Positions 9,684-17,653 of a DNA stretch of 32,000 nucleotides are shown in pieces. The notes beneath the pieces are model-generated. The model worked only from the letters and a program-made list of their open reading frames with translations. It was not told where the DNA came from and did no database searches. How positions within the stretch are numbered: the stretch's first letter is position 1; every line of letters starts with the position of its first letter. Both the position numbers and the translations under genes were made by a program. Origin of the DNA: Xanthomonas campestris pv. campestris str. ATCC 33913 (GTDB lineage: Bacteria; Pseudomonadota; Gammaproteobacteria; Xanthomonadales; Xanthomonadaceae); assembly GCF_000007145.1 (NCBI RefSeq), contig NC_003902.1, positions 2,846,497 through 2,878,496 of the forward strand, written 5' to 3'.

Positions 9684-9738
9684 GCCGCTGCGGCGTGCCG
9701 CATGTGCATTGCGCTCACGCCCGCGAACCGCGCCTGCT

Positions 9739-10035
9739 TCAGGCCAGCACGTTCAACAAGCTGCCCAGCGCTTCGTCGGAGCGCCGCAGTACGTTGGCGT
9801 TGGCTTGAAAATCGTTGCGCGCGGACAGGCCGGCCACCAGATCGGTGGCCAAGGCGGACGGATCCGCCGCCGCATCCACCACGCTGGCAGTCACACCGCC
9901 GCCGGTCTGCGTGCTCGCCGCCACGGCCTGGCGGGGGCTGCCCTCCACCGGCTGACGCGCCACATTGCTGGCGGCCACTTGCTGGCGCAGGGCGGCCACC
10001 TGCATTCCGGAACTGGCGATGGTGCTGATGCTCAT
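9739..10035 (-). CDS. Small (98 aa) FlgC/FlgB-like flagellar rod-type protein, located outside any flagellar cluster
   Basis: ORF 9739..10125(-). Start placed at ATG 10035 (GGAG 7 nt upstream). The N-terminus MSISTIASSGMQVAALRQQVAASNVAR resembles the rod-protein N-terminal motif (E. coli FlgC ...IAGSALAAQSKRLNVAASNLAN). The C-terminus DLVAGLSARNDFQANANVLRRSDEALGSLLNVLA resembles the rod C-terminal motif (...SRSYQANVEVLNT...). Confidence 0.6.
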   Translation of the reverse strand: MSISTIASSGMQVAALRQQVAASNVARQPVEGSPRQAVAASTQTGGGVTASVVDAAADPSALATDLVAGLSARNDFQANANVLRRSDEALGSLLNVLA

Positions 10036-10183
10036 GGTGGCTCCGGACTGAGAACAAGAAAAAAACGACAAACGCCTACTGCAACCATCAACTGGCCGAT
10101 GCGAACCGCCAGCCAGGCGCCACACCCGTCCAGCACATCACGGCCGGCCGATCACCGGCGGCCAATCCGCAGCCGCTAAGCGT

Positions 10184-11815
10184 TCAGTAGCTGCCCACCC
10201 GCACCCGCAATACCGGCGGCGGTTGGCCAGCCGCATCGGTGCGGCCGAAATTGAGCCCGTAGTCGGTCTGGTCGCCGTTGAGCTGGCGCTCCATCTGCCA
10301 GCGCCCGTCGACATACCGGCCCTGCTCCACCTGCAACAGCTGCCCATGGCGGGTATCGGCCGCGCTGCGGAAAAATTCAATCCGCGCTGCGGTACCGGTG
10401 ACCAGGAACTCCTCCGGCCCCAGCTGCGCCACCAGCAGCCGGCCGGCATGATCGTCGTTGCCCGGCAGGATGGCCGGCGCATCGCCCCACAGCGGCGCGC
10501 CAAACGACACCTTGGCCTCCCAGTCACCGAAACGCAGCGTGCGCTGCGGCGCCCCCGGCTGCTCGGCCACCGCTTGCAGGCGGCCATCTAGATTGGCTTG
10601 GGCAATCAGGCGTTGCAGCGGCGCCAGCTGGCGGAAGTTGGCCGCGTGCGCGGCAATGGCCGCGCGGTTGGCCCCGCTGTCCGGGTTACCGTCGATGCCG
10701 AACACCGAGAACCCGATCCCGCCCTGCCCCAGCACATGAAACAGATACGGCGCCGTCGCCGCCTCGAAGCCGGTCTCCGACACCCAGGCCGGATTGTCGG
10801 GGCGCGCGTATTGGCCGATGACCTTGGTGTATTCGCCGTAGTCGCTGGTGTAGATGTCGGTGCCGATGAAGTCGATCGACGGCGTGGCCGCGCGCCACAG
10901 CGCAAACACATTCACCGTGGCGCCGCCGGAGGGGTAATCCATGCCGGGGTAACGCTTGCCCTTGTAGCGCAGCCAGGTGTTGACGTAGAGCGGCAGCGGA
11001 TACGCACGCTTGCCGGCTGCGGCCACCTGTTCGATATACGCGGCGGTGGCATGCGCATTGAAGGCTTCCGCTGCCTCGGCACCAAACAGCTGCTGCCAAC
11101 TGCCAGCAGGCTTGCCCAGCGCCGCGGCAATGGCGGCCGGCACCGGTTGCGCGAATGCCGCTTCGCCGGCCGGGCCGTGATCGCGCACGGTGCCGATCGC
11201 GCCGGGCTCGTTTTCCACCTGCACCACGATCACGGTGTGGCGGTCGCCATCGATCTTGCGCAGGTGCTGCATCAGCGCGGTGAATGCACGCGCGTCGGCC
11301 TGCACATTGGCCGCCACGTGCGGCGACAACACGTCTACCGGTTCGCCATTGGCATCGCGCATACGCGGGTAGGTAGCCTCGTCGCGCTTGATCCATTCGG
11401 GGACGTAATGCATCTGGCCGTTCTTCCAGCTGCCGAACCACAGCAGCGCCACGCGCAGGCCGCGCTTGCGTGCCCCGGCGATCAACGCATCCACATTGGT
11501 GGTATCGAACCGCCCCGGCGCCGGCTCGAACTGCTCCCAATACACCGGCGCTTCCACCGTGTTGGCATGCAGCGCGACCACCTGGTCCAGCGCCGGCGGC
11601 AGCACCGCCGGCCAGGCGCTGGAGTTGTGCAGCTGCGCGGCCAGGATGGTGTACGGCGCGCCGTCGACCAGCAAGGCGTGGCGGCCGTTCTGGGTGAAGA
11701 AACGTGGCAGTTCTTCAGCATTGGCAACAGCGGGGCCGCCCAGCAATGCCAGCATGCAGAGCAGCACTTGCGCAACACAGCGACGCACGGCGCCACGGGA
11801 AAGAAACAGGCGCAT
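10184..11815 (-). CDS. Secreted clan GH-A glycoside hydrolase, GH35-like beta-galactosidase family (DUF5597-type C-terminus)
   Basis: Signal peptide MRLFLSRGAVRRCVAQVLLCMLALLGGPAVANA/EE. TIM-barrel motifs VEAPVYWEQFEPAPGRFD and LRVALLWFGSWKNGQMHYVPEW. VIVVQVENEPG carries the NEP acid/base Glu. The ATG at 11815 overlaps the restored S9 stop as TGATG. Confidence 0.85.
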   Translation of the reverse strand: MRLFLSRGAVRRCVAQVLLCMLALLGGPAVANAEELPRFFTQNGRHALLVDGAPYTILAAQLHNSSAWPAVLPPALDQVVALHANTVEAPVYWEQFEPAPGRFDTTNVDALIAGARKRGLRVALLWFGSWKNGQMHYVPEWIKRDEATYPRMRDANGEPVDVLSPHVAANVQADARAFTALMQHLRKIDGDRHTVIVVQVENEPGAIGTVRDHGPAGEAAFAQPVPAAIAAALGKPAGSWQQLFGAEAAEAFNAHATAAYIEQVAAAGKRAYPLPLYVNTWLRYKGKRYPGMDYPSGGATVNVFALWRAATPSIDFIGTDIYTSDYGEYTKVIGQYARPDNPAWVSETGFEAATAPYLFHVLGQGGIGFSVFGIDGNPDSGANRAAIAAHAANFRQLAPLQRLIAQANLDGRLQAVAEQPGAPQRTLRFGDWEAKVSFGAPLWGDAPAILPGNDDHAGRLLVAQLGPEEFLVTGTAARIEFFRSAADTRHGQLLQVEQGRYVDGRWQMERQLNGDQTDYGLNFGRTDAAGQPPPVLRVRVGSY

Positions 11816-11942
11816 CAGCGGGCCTCCTGGGCAGTGGCATTCCAGCGCGGCGTGGCGTCGCCGCGCAGATGGCGAACGAAAAAGTCGTACTGGCGGCGCT
11901 GCACGTAGTCGATCGGCCCCGCTGGAGCGGCCTACCGAATGC

Positions 11943-14153
11943 TCACCACCCCGGCACGTTGAGCAGGTCGAAATCCTTGCCGGCCTGGATCAGCGCATCC
12001 ACCACTTGCGCGGTGGACGCAGGATCCACGTTGCTGTCCTGCTCGCCGACGATCAGCAACACATCGCCCTGCAGCGCTGCTGCATTGACCACGCCCGATG
12101 CGGCGGCATAACTGGCATCCACCGGCCAGCCCATCCACTGCTCGTTCCAGCTGATCTTGTCCATGCGGTTGTCGTAGCAGCCCGCAAACGCCACGCCTAC
12201 CTTGTAGAACTCCGGGTGGCGTTCGAGAGCGCCCAGGGTGCTCTGCCCGCCCGCAGAGGCACCATAGATGCCGACCCGGCTGATGTCGTACGAGGGGTCC
12301 TTTGCGGCCAGCGCACGGTGCCAGGCAATGCGGTCGGCAAAGCCGGAATCGCCCAGGTTCTTCCACGCCACATCGTGGAAGGCCTTGGAGCGGTTGGCGG
12401 TGCCCATGCCGTCGATCATCACCACGATGAAGCCCAGGTCCGCCTGCGCCTGCATGCCGATCTGCTTGTCGCCACCGGAGTGGTAGCCGAACGGCCAGAA
12501 CGTCTTCGGCACGAAGGCGTCGTGCGGCCCGGCGTAGATGTTCTCGATCACCGGGTAGCGCTTGCGCGGGTCGTAATCGCGCGGGCGCACCACCATGCCC
12601 CAAATGTCGGTGCGGCCATCGCGGCCCTTGGCCACGAAGGTCTCCGGCGCACGCCAGCCGGCGGCCTGTAGTTTATCGATGCTGCCCTGCTCCACCTGCT
12701 GCAGCAGGCGGCCATCGATGGCATGCAGCTCCATCACCGGGGGCAGATCCGGGCGCGAATAGGTATCGACGTAATGCTGCCCATCGGGGGCAATCGCCAC
12801 GTCGTGGTCGGCATCGCTGTGGGTCAGCCGGGTGAGCTGACGGCCATCGAAATCCACGCTGTAGAGCTGGCGGTAGTACGGGTCCTTGCCAGCATCCATG
12901 CCACTGGCGGTGAACCAGATGCGGCGTTGTGCATCGTCCACGCGCAGCACATCGCGCACGATCCATGCACCGCGGGTGAGCTGGCGTTTGACCTTGCCGC
13001 TGCGGCCGTCGAACAGATACAGATGGCGCCAGCCGTCGCGTTCGGAGATCCACAGGATCTCATCGCCGCGCCCTTCGACATCGTGGCGAAAGCTGCGGTC
13101 GGCATACACAAACGTGCGCGCGTCCTCGCCCACGGCCACGTGCGCGCGGCCGGTCTGCGCGTCCACCGCAATCACGCGCATGCGTTGAAACCCGCGTTGC
13201 ACGTACTCGAAACTCACGCTGCGGCTATCGCTGCGCCACTGCAACGGCGACAGCGCATACGGGTTGCCGAACAACGCCGTGTCCACCTCACGCCGGCTGC
13301 CATCCAGTGCAAACAGCACCGGCCGCTCCACGTCCACCGCATCGCCCGGCTTTGGGTACAGCTGCGTGTGCACCACCGGCTGCCCGCCACCAGGCGGCGC
13401 CGCTTCCACGCGGGTCACCCGCCGCGCATACCCGGGGCGTACGCGGTACACCGCGAGGTGCTGCGAATCCGGCGACCAGGCGACGCTTTCAAGATCATAG
13501 AAATCCTCGGCGCGGCCGTCGCTGCTCAACCGCGTACTCTGGCCGTCGGCAACGCGCCGCAGCTGCAGATTCCAGCCGTTGGCCACCACCTCCCACGCAC
13601 CATCGGGCGAGCGCCGCGGCGTGGCGTCGGCCGGCACAGCCGGATCGCGCACCACACCAAACCCGCGTGGGCGCGGCTGCGCAGTGGCAGCCACCGGCGC
13701 GCATTGGTAGTTGGTCAGTGTGCAGCGCCAGCTGGTATCGCCGATCTCGAATTCCATCGCGCCATCGGCACGCCCGTCCTCCTGGGCATACGCAAAACGC
13801 TCGAACGGCAGTGTCGTCGCGGTGACGCTGTTGCCGCCGTCAGCAGACACCGCACGCGCCAGCTGCGCGTGATCGAAGGCGGGCGTTTTCTGCAGCGTGG
13901 CCAGGTCTTCGCGCATGAACGCGAAGCCGCCCGGCACGGTCTTGCGGTAGTAGAACGTCTCAGCGTCGTGCCATTGCGCCGGCCAGCTCACGTTCTCCGT
14001 CAGTGTCATCCACTGCGCACGCAGGCCCAGCGACCGCTGGTAGTCGGCAACGCTTGGCGCGGCTTGCGCCGCAGCGGTGAGCAGTACCGCGTAGGCAACC
14101 ACGCCGCGCAACCACTGCCGCACGTAGGTGCGTTTGCAGTGCTCACTCACCAT
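11943..14153 (-). CDS. S9B serine peptidase (DPP-IV / prolyl tripeptidyl peptidase-like); its 3' end is disrupted by two +1 frameshifts, so it may be a pseudogene or carry sequencing errors (restored end 11815)
   Basis: Signal peptide MVSEHCKRTYVRQWLRGVVAYAVLLTAAAQA/AP. Propeller-type WSPDSQHLAVYRV. Catalytic Ser in GIYGASAGGQST and catalytic Asp in VGEQDSNVDP. The ORF ends ...NVPGW before any catalytic His. The His motif (GGEHS) and a typical C-terminus follow in the other two frames. GGAGGAGG lies upstream of ATG 14153, which overlaps the permease stop by 11 nt. Confidence 0.85.
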   Translation of the reverse strand: MVSEHCKRTYVRQWLRGVVAYAVLLTAAAQAAPSVADYQRSLGLRAQWMTLTENVSWPAQWHDAETFYYRKTVPGGFAFMREDLATLQKTPAFDHAQLARAVSADGGNSVTATTLPFERFAYAQEDGRADGAMEFEIGDTSWRCTLTNYQCAPVAATAQPRPRGFGVVRDPAVPADATPRRSPDGAWEVVANGWNLQLRRVADGQSTRLSSDGRAEDFYDLESVAWSPDSQHLAVYRVRPGYARRVTRVEAAPPGGGQPVVHTQLYPKPGDAVDVERPVLFALDGSRREVDTALFGNPYALSPLQWRSDSRSVSFEYVQRGFQRMRVIAVDAQTGRAHVAVGEDARTFVYADRSFRHDVEGRGDEILWISERDGWRHLYLFDGRSGKVKRQLTRGAWIVRDVLRVDDAQRRIWFTASGMDAGKDPYYRQLYSVDFDGRQLTRLTHSDADHDVAIAPDGQHYVDTYSRPDLPPVMELHAIDGRLLQQVEQGSIDKLQAAGWRAPETFVAKGRDGRTDIWGMVVRPRDYDPRKRYPVIENIYAGPHDAFVPKTFWPFGYHSGGDKQIGMQAQADLGFIVVMIDGMGTANRSKAFHDVAWKNLGDSGFADRIAWHRALAAKDPSYDISRVGIYGASAGGQSTLGALERHPEFYKVGVAFAGCYDNRMDKISWNEQWMGWPVDASYAAASGVVNAAALQGDVLLIVGEQDSNVDPASTAQVVDALIQAGKDFDLLNVPGW

Positions 14154-15729
14154 CGTCCTCCTCCAGCGCCAGTTCGTCGCTGCGCAGGCCGCTACGCGCG
14201 CCCCAGTGATAGATGCCGAAGGCGATCACCGCCACGCTCAGCGTGTCGAACGGATGCGCGATCCAGCCATGGCCACCGAAGGTGCCCGCCCACGACACTG
14301 CCATCACCAGCACGAAAAACACGATCAGCCACAGCGACGCACGGACCTGGCGCAACAGCCGGGCCCTGCACGCGCGCGATGGCAGGCGATACAGCACGTA
14401 CGCCGCGAACGCGAGCACCTGAAGGCCCAGCAGCCAGGACAGCGTGGGCCAGGTGGACCAGTACACGATCAGCGCGGCCACCACGAACGACAGCGGCCCC
14501 AGCACCGCAAATCCGCGCACGCGGAACGGCCGCGCCAGGCCGGGCGCACTGCGGCGCAGCGCGGCCACCGTGACCGGCGCCACCGCATAGCTCAGCACCA
14601 ACGCGGCCGACACCACGCCAATCAAGGTTTCCCAGGACGGGAACGGCAAGGTCCAGAAGATCGACAACCCCAGGCTCAGCCACAACGCCGGCCGCGGGAT
14701 GCCCGAGGCCGGATCCACCCGCGTCAACACCGGCAGAAACCCGCCGCTGCGCGCCCAGCCGTACACCACGCGCGGCGTGGCATTCATGTAGATATTGCCG
14801 GTGCCGCTGGGCGACACCATCGCATCGCAGATCACCAGCGCGGCCAGCCACGCCATCCCCAGTGCCAGCGCGATGTCGTGGTACGGCAGCGAAAACGCCT
14901 TGTCGATGCCGCTCCAGCCCTGCGCCAGTTGCGCGGCCGGAATGCTGCCCAGAAATGCCAATTGCAACAGCACGTAGATCACCGTGGACAGCGCCACCGA
15001 CAGGATCAAGGCAATCGGAATATTGCGTTGCGGGTTGCGCACCTCGCTGGCGACCGAGACGATCGGGGTGAGCCCCAGGTACGCAAAGATGATGCCGCCG
15101 GCGGAGATCGCCGCTTCCACCCCGGCCATGCCCGACGGTGCAAAGCCATGCACGCTCAGGTTGTCGGCATTGAAGTGCTTCATCAGCAGCACGATCACCA
15201 GGATCGGCACCAGAAACTTGAAGACGCTGACGATGTTGTTGGCCAGCGCAAAGGTCTTGACGCTGAAGTAATTGAGCGCAAAGAACAGCAGCAACAACGC
15301 CAGTTGCACCAGCCAGCCCAGCAGGCTGGGATGCGTGCTGCCGGCCTGGCTGAGCGCCGGGAACCAGGCCGCCGCATACTGGCGCGCCGCTTCCACTTCG
15401 ATTGCGATCAGGCTGGAAAACGCAATCAATGTAATGAAGCCGGTCAACGACCCGAGCAAGGGCCCGTGCGAGTACTCGGGGTAGCGCACCACGCCGCCGG
15501 CGCGTGGCAACGCGGCGCCGAGTTCGCAATACACCAGCCCCAGCAACAACACCGCGATGCCGCCGAGAATCCACGATACGATGCCGGCCGGCCCGGCGAT
15601 CGAGGACACGTGGCTGGCGGAAAACAGCCAGCCCGAGCCGAAGATCGAGCCCAGCCCGATGAAGGTCAGGTCGGTCAGGCTGAGCCGCTTGTGGAACTTG
15701 CCCTGTGCGCTCGCACCGTGTGTGGTCAT
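14143..15729 (-). CDS. APC-superfamily amino-acid permease (528 aa)
   Basis: The polytopic hydrophobic profile runs throughout the protein. N-terminal APC-like signature LSLTDLTFIGLGSIFGSGWLFSASHV. The acidic tail ...ALEEDDGE overlaps the S9 start. Confidence 0.9.
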   Translation of the reverse strand: MTTHGASAQGKFHKRLSLTDLTFIGLGSIFGSGWLFSASHVSSIAGPAGIVSWILGGIAVLLLGLVYCELGAALPRAGGVVRYPEYSHGPLLGSLTGFITLIAFSSLIAIEVEAARQYAAAWFPALSQAGSTHPSLLGWLVQLALLLLFFALNYFSVKTFALANNIVSVFKFLVPILVIVLLMKHFNADNLSVHGFAPSGMAGVEAAISAGGIIFAYLGLTPIVSVASEVRNPQRNIPIALILSVALSTVIYVLLQLAFLGSIPAAQLAQGWSGIDKAFSLPYHDIALALGMAWLAALVICDAMVSPSGTGNIYMNATPRVVYGWARSGGFLPVLTRVDPASGIPRPALWLSLGLSIFWTLPFPSWETLIGVVSAALVLSYAVAPVTVAALRRSAPGLARPFRVRGFAVLGPLSFVVAALIVYWSTWPTLSWLLGLQVLAFAAYVLYRLPSRACRARLLRQVRASLWLIVFFVLVMAVSWAGTFGGHGWIAHPFDTLSVAVIAFGIYHWGARSGLRSDELALEEDDGE

Positions 15730-15793
15730 ACGTCACCCCCAGAGAGGAAAGCAGTGAAACCGCGCGGCGTGCGCCGGCATGAGGCAAAGCAGC

Positions 15794-17653
15794 TCAGTCG
15801 CTGGCCGACACCTTGGCATCGGCATCGGAGCCGGCGCGCGGATCCGGATACGGCGAAGCACCACCATCGGCAATGAAGCGGTCGATCCGCGCTTCCAGCA
15901 CCGGCAACGGCACCGAGCCGGTCTGCAGCACTGCATCATGAAAGTGGCGCAGGTCGAACGTCTCGCCCAGCGCCGCCTCTGCCTTGCGGCGTAGCTCCAG
16001 AATCTTCAACTCGCCCAGGTAATACGACAGCGCCTGGCCCGGCCAGGCGATGTAGCGATCCACCTCGGTGGTGACTTCGTGCTCGCTGAGCGCGGTGTTG
16101 TCGCGCAGATACGCGATCGCCTGCGCACGCGTCCAGCCCTGGTGATGGATGCCAGTGTCGATCACCAGCCGGCAGGCACGCCACATCTGGTAGGTGAGAT
16201 AGCCGAAGCGGTCGTACGGCGTCTCGTACATCCCCATTTCCTGGCCCAGATACTCCGAGTACAGCGCCCAGCCCTCGCCATAGGCGGAGATGAAGCTGTA
16301 GCGGCGGAACTCCGGCAGGTCCTGCGCTTCGGCGGCCAGCGGCATCTGCAACGCGTGGCCGGGCGATGACTCGTGCAAGGTCAGCGCGGTGAGGTTGTAC
16401 AGCGGGCGCGATGGCAGGTTGTAGGTGTTGACCAGATAGATACCCGGCCCACCGCGGCCACCGGTGTAAAACGGTGCCAGCTCCGGCGGCACCGGCTCGA
16501 TGGCGAAGCGTTGCCGCGGCAGGCGGCCGATGTAGTCGCCCACCTTGGCGTCGACGCGCTTGGCGATCCAGGCCGCCTGCTTGAGCAGCTCCTCCGGCGT
16601 CTTGGCATAGAACTGCGGATCGGTGCGCAAGAACTGCAAAAACGCAGGAAACACCGCCTGCCCGGCTGGCGGCTTGAAGCCGCTGGCAACGATGGTCTGG
16701 TCCATCTGCGTGCGCAGCTTGGCCACTTCCTGCAGGCCAATCTGATGGATCTGCTCCGGGCTCAGATCCAGCGTGGTGAACTCACGGATCTGCGCGCGGT
16801 AATAGGCCGCGCCGTCGGGCAGCGCTTCGCCGGCCAGAGTGTCGCGGGCGCGTGGCTGGTACTCCTCGCGTATGAAGCTGAGCAGCTTGGCGTACGCCGG
16901 CACCACGTGTTGGGCGATGACCTGCAGCGCCTGTTGCCGCAACTGCGCCTGCTCGGCGGCCGGCAGGGTCGCCGGCATCTGCTTGAACGGTGCGTAGAAC
17001 GGATTGGCCTCGCCCTTGGCCTGCACCACGTCGGCAATGGACTGATCGCGCCCGGTCAAGGTGACCCTGGGCTGGCTGAAACCGCGCGCCAGGCCGGCGC
17101 GCATGTTGTCGGTCTGCTCACCGAAGTAGCGCGGAATATCGGCCAGCATCTTCAGATAGCGCTGGTAATCCTGGCGCGTGCGCAAGGTGGCCTCGGCACT
17201 GAAGCCCAGGTCGCTCCAGAACGCCGAGTCGCTGTTGAACGGCATCTCCCAGGCGCGGAAATGCTGCTGGTCCAGCAGCACGTCGAGCTGCTGGCGATAC
17301 ACCTGCGCGTTCACCTGATCCTCGGCCGAGAGCTGCGCCATCGGAATCGCGTCCAGCTCCTTGAGCACCTGTTGCCAGTACGCGGTGCGCATCTGCTGCG
17401 TGGCCACGTCGACCTTGGGCAGGTGATCAGCCGGCCCACTCTGGGTGGCCTGGTTGTCTTCGTCCACCGCACCCGCCAGCTGCGCCTGCCGCCAGCGCCA
17501 TTCGCGCGTGTACAACGCCTTGAAGCGTTGCGCAGCGGACGTCTGTACAGCCGACGCCGGCGCCGCCGCCTGCACGGGCGCAACCACGCTACACAGGCTT
17601 GCTGCGATCACGCTGCTCAGGACGCTGTTACGCAATACGGTCAGCGCGCTCAT
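15794..17653 (-). CDS. Periplasmic DUF885-family protein (putative metallopeptidase-like), paralogue A
   Basis: ORF 15794..17701(-). Start placed at ATG 17653, which forms ATGA with the upstream stop. Signal peptide MSALTVLRNSVLSSVIAASLCSVVAPVQA/AAP. DUF885-type motif LTLHESSPGHALQ. C-terminal WPGQALSYYLGELKILELR. Confidence 0.85.
   Translation of the reverse strand: MSALTVLRNSVLSSVIAASLCSVVAPVQAAAPASAVQTSAAQRFKALYTREWRWRQAQLAGAVDEDNQATQSGPADHLPKVDVATQQMRTAYWQQVLKELDAIPMAQLSAEDQVNAQVYRQQLDVLLDQQHFRAWEMPFNSDSAFWSDLGFSAEATLRTRQDYQRYLKMLADIPRYFGEQTDNMRAGLARGFSQPRVTLTGRDQSIADVVQAKGEANPFYAPFKQMPATLPAAEQAQLRQQALQVIAQHVVPAYAKLLSFIREEYQPRARDTLAGEALPDGAAYYRAQIREFTTLDLSPEQIHQIGLQEVAKLRTQMDQTIVASGFKPPAGQAVFPAFLQFLRTDPQFYAKTPEELLKQAAWIAKRVDAKVGDYIGRLPRQRFAIEPVPPELAPFYTGGRGGPGIYLVNTYNLPSRPLYNLTALTLHESSPGHALQMPLAAEAQDLPEFRRYSFISAYGEGWALYSEYLGQEMGMYETPYDRFGYLTYQMWRACRLVIDTGIHHQGWTRAQAIAYLRDNTALSEHEVTTEVDRYIAWPGQALSYYLGELKILELRRKAEAALGETFDLRHFHDAVLQTGSVPLPVLEARIDRFIADGGASPYPDPRAGSDADAKVSASD

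Noticed and set aside
14128-15876. 582-aa plus-strand ORF (and a second 531-aa minus ORF, 14192..15787) overlapping the permease gene
   Set aside because: Both translate to low-complexity Arg/Gln/His/Pro-rich sequence. Only frame 14143..15729(-) gives a membrane-protein profile and APC motifs. The same reasoning rejects 12723..14573(+), 10598..11908(+), 16373..17836(+), 17599..19194(+), 19857..21158(+), 20927..22294(+), 6645..7916(+) and 22651..24126(-).
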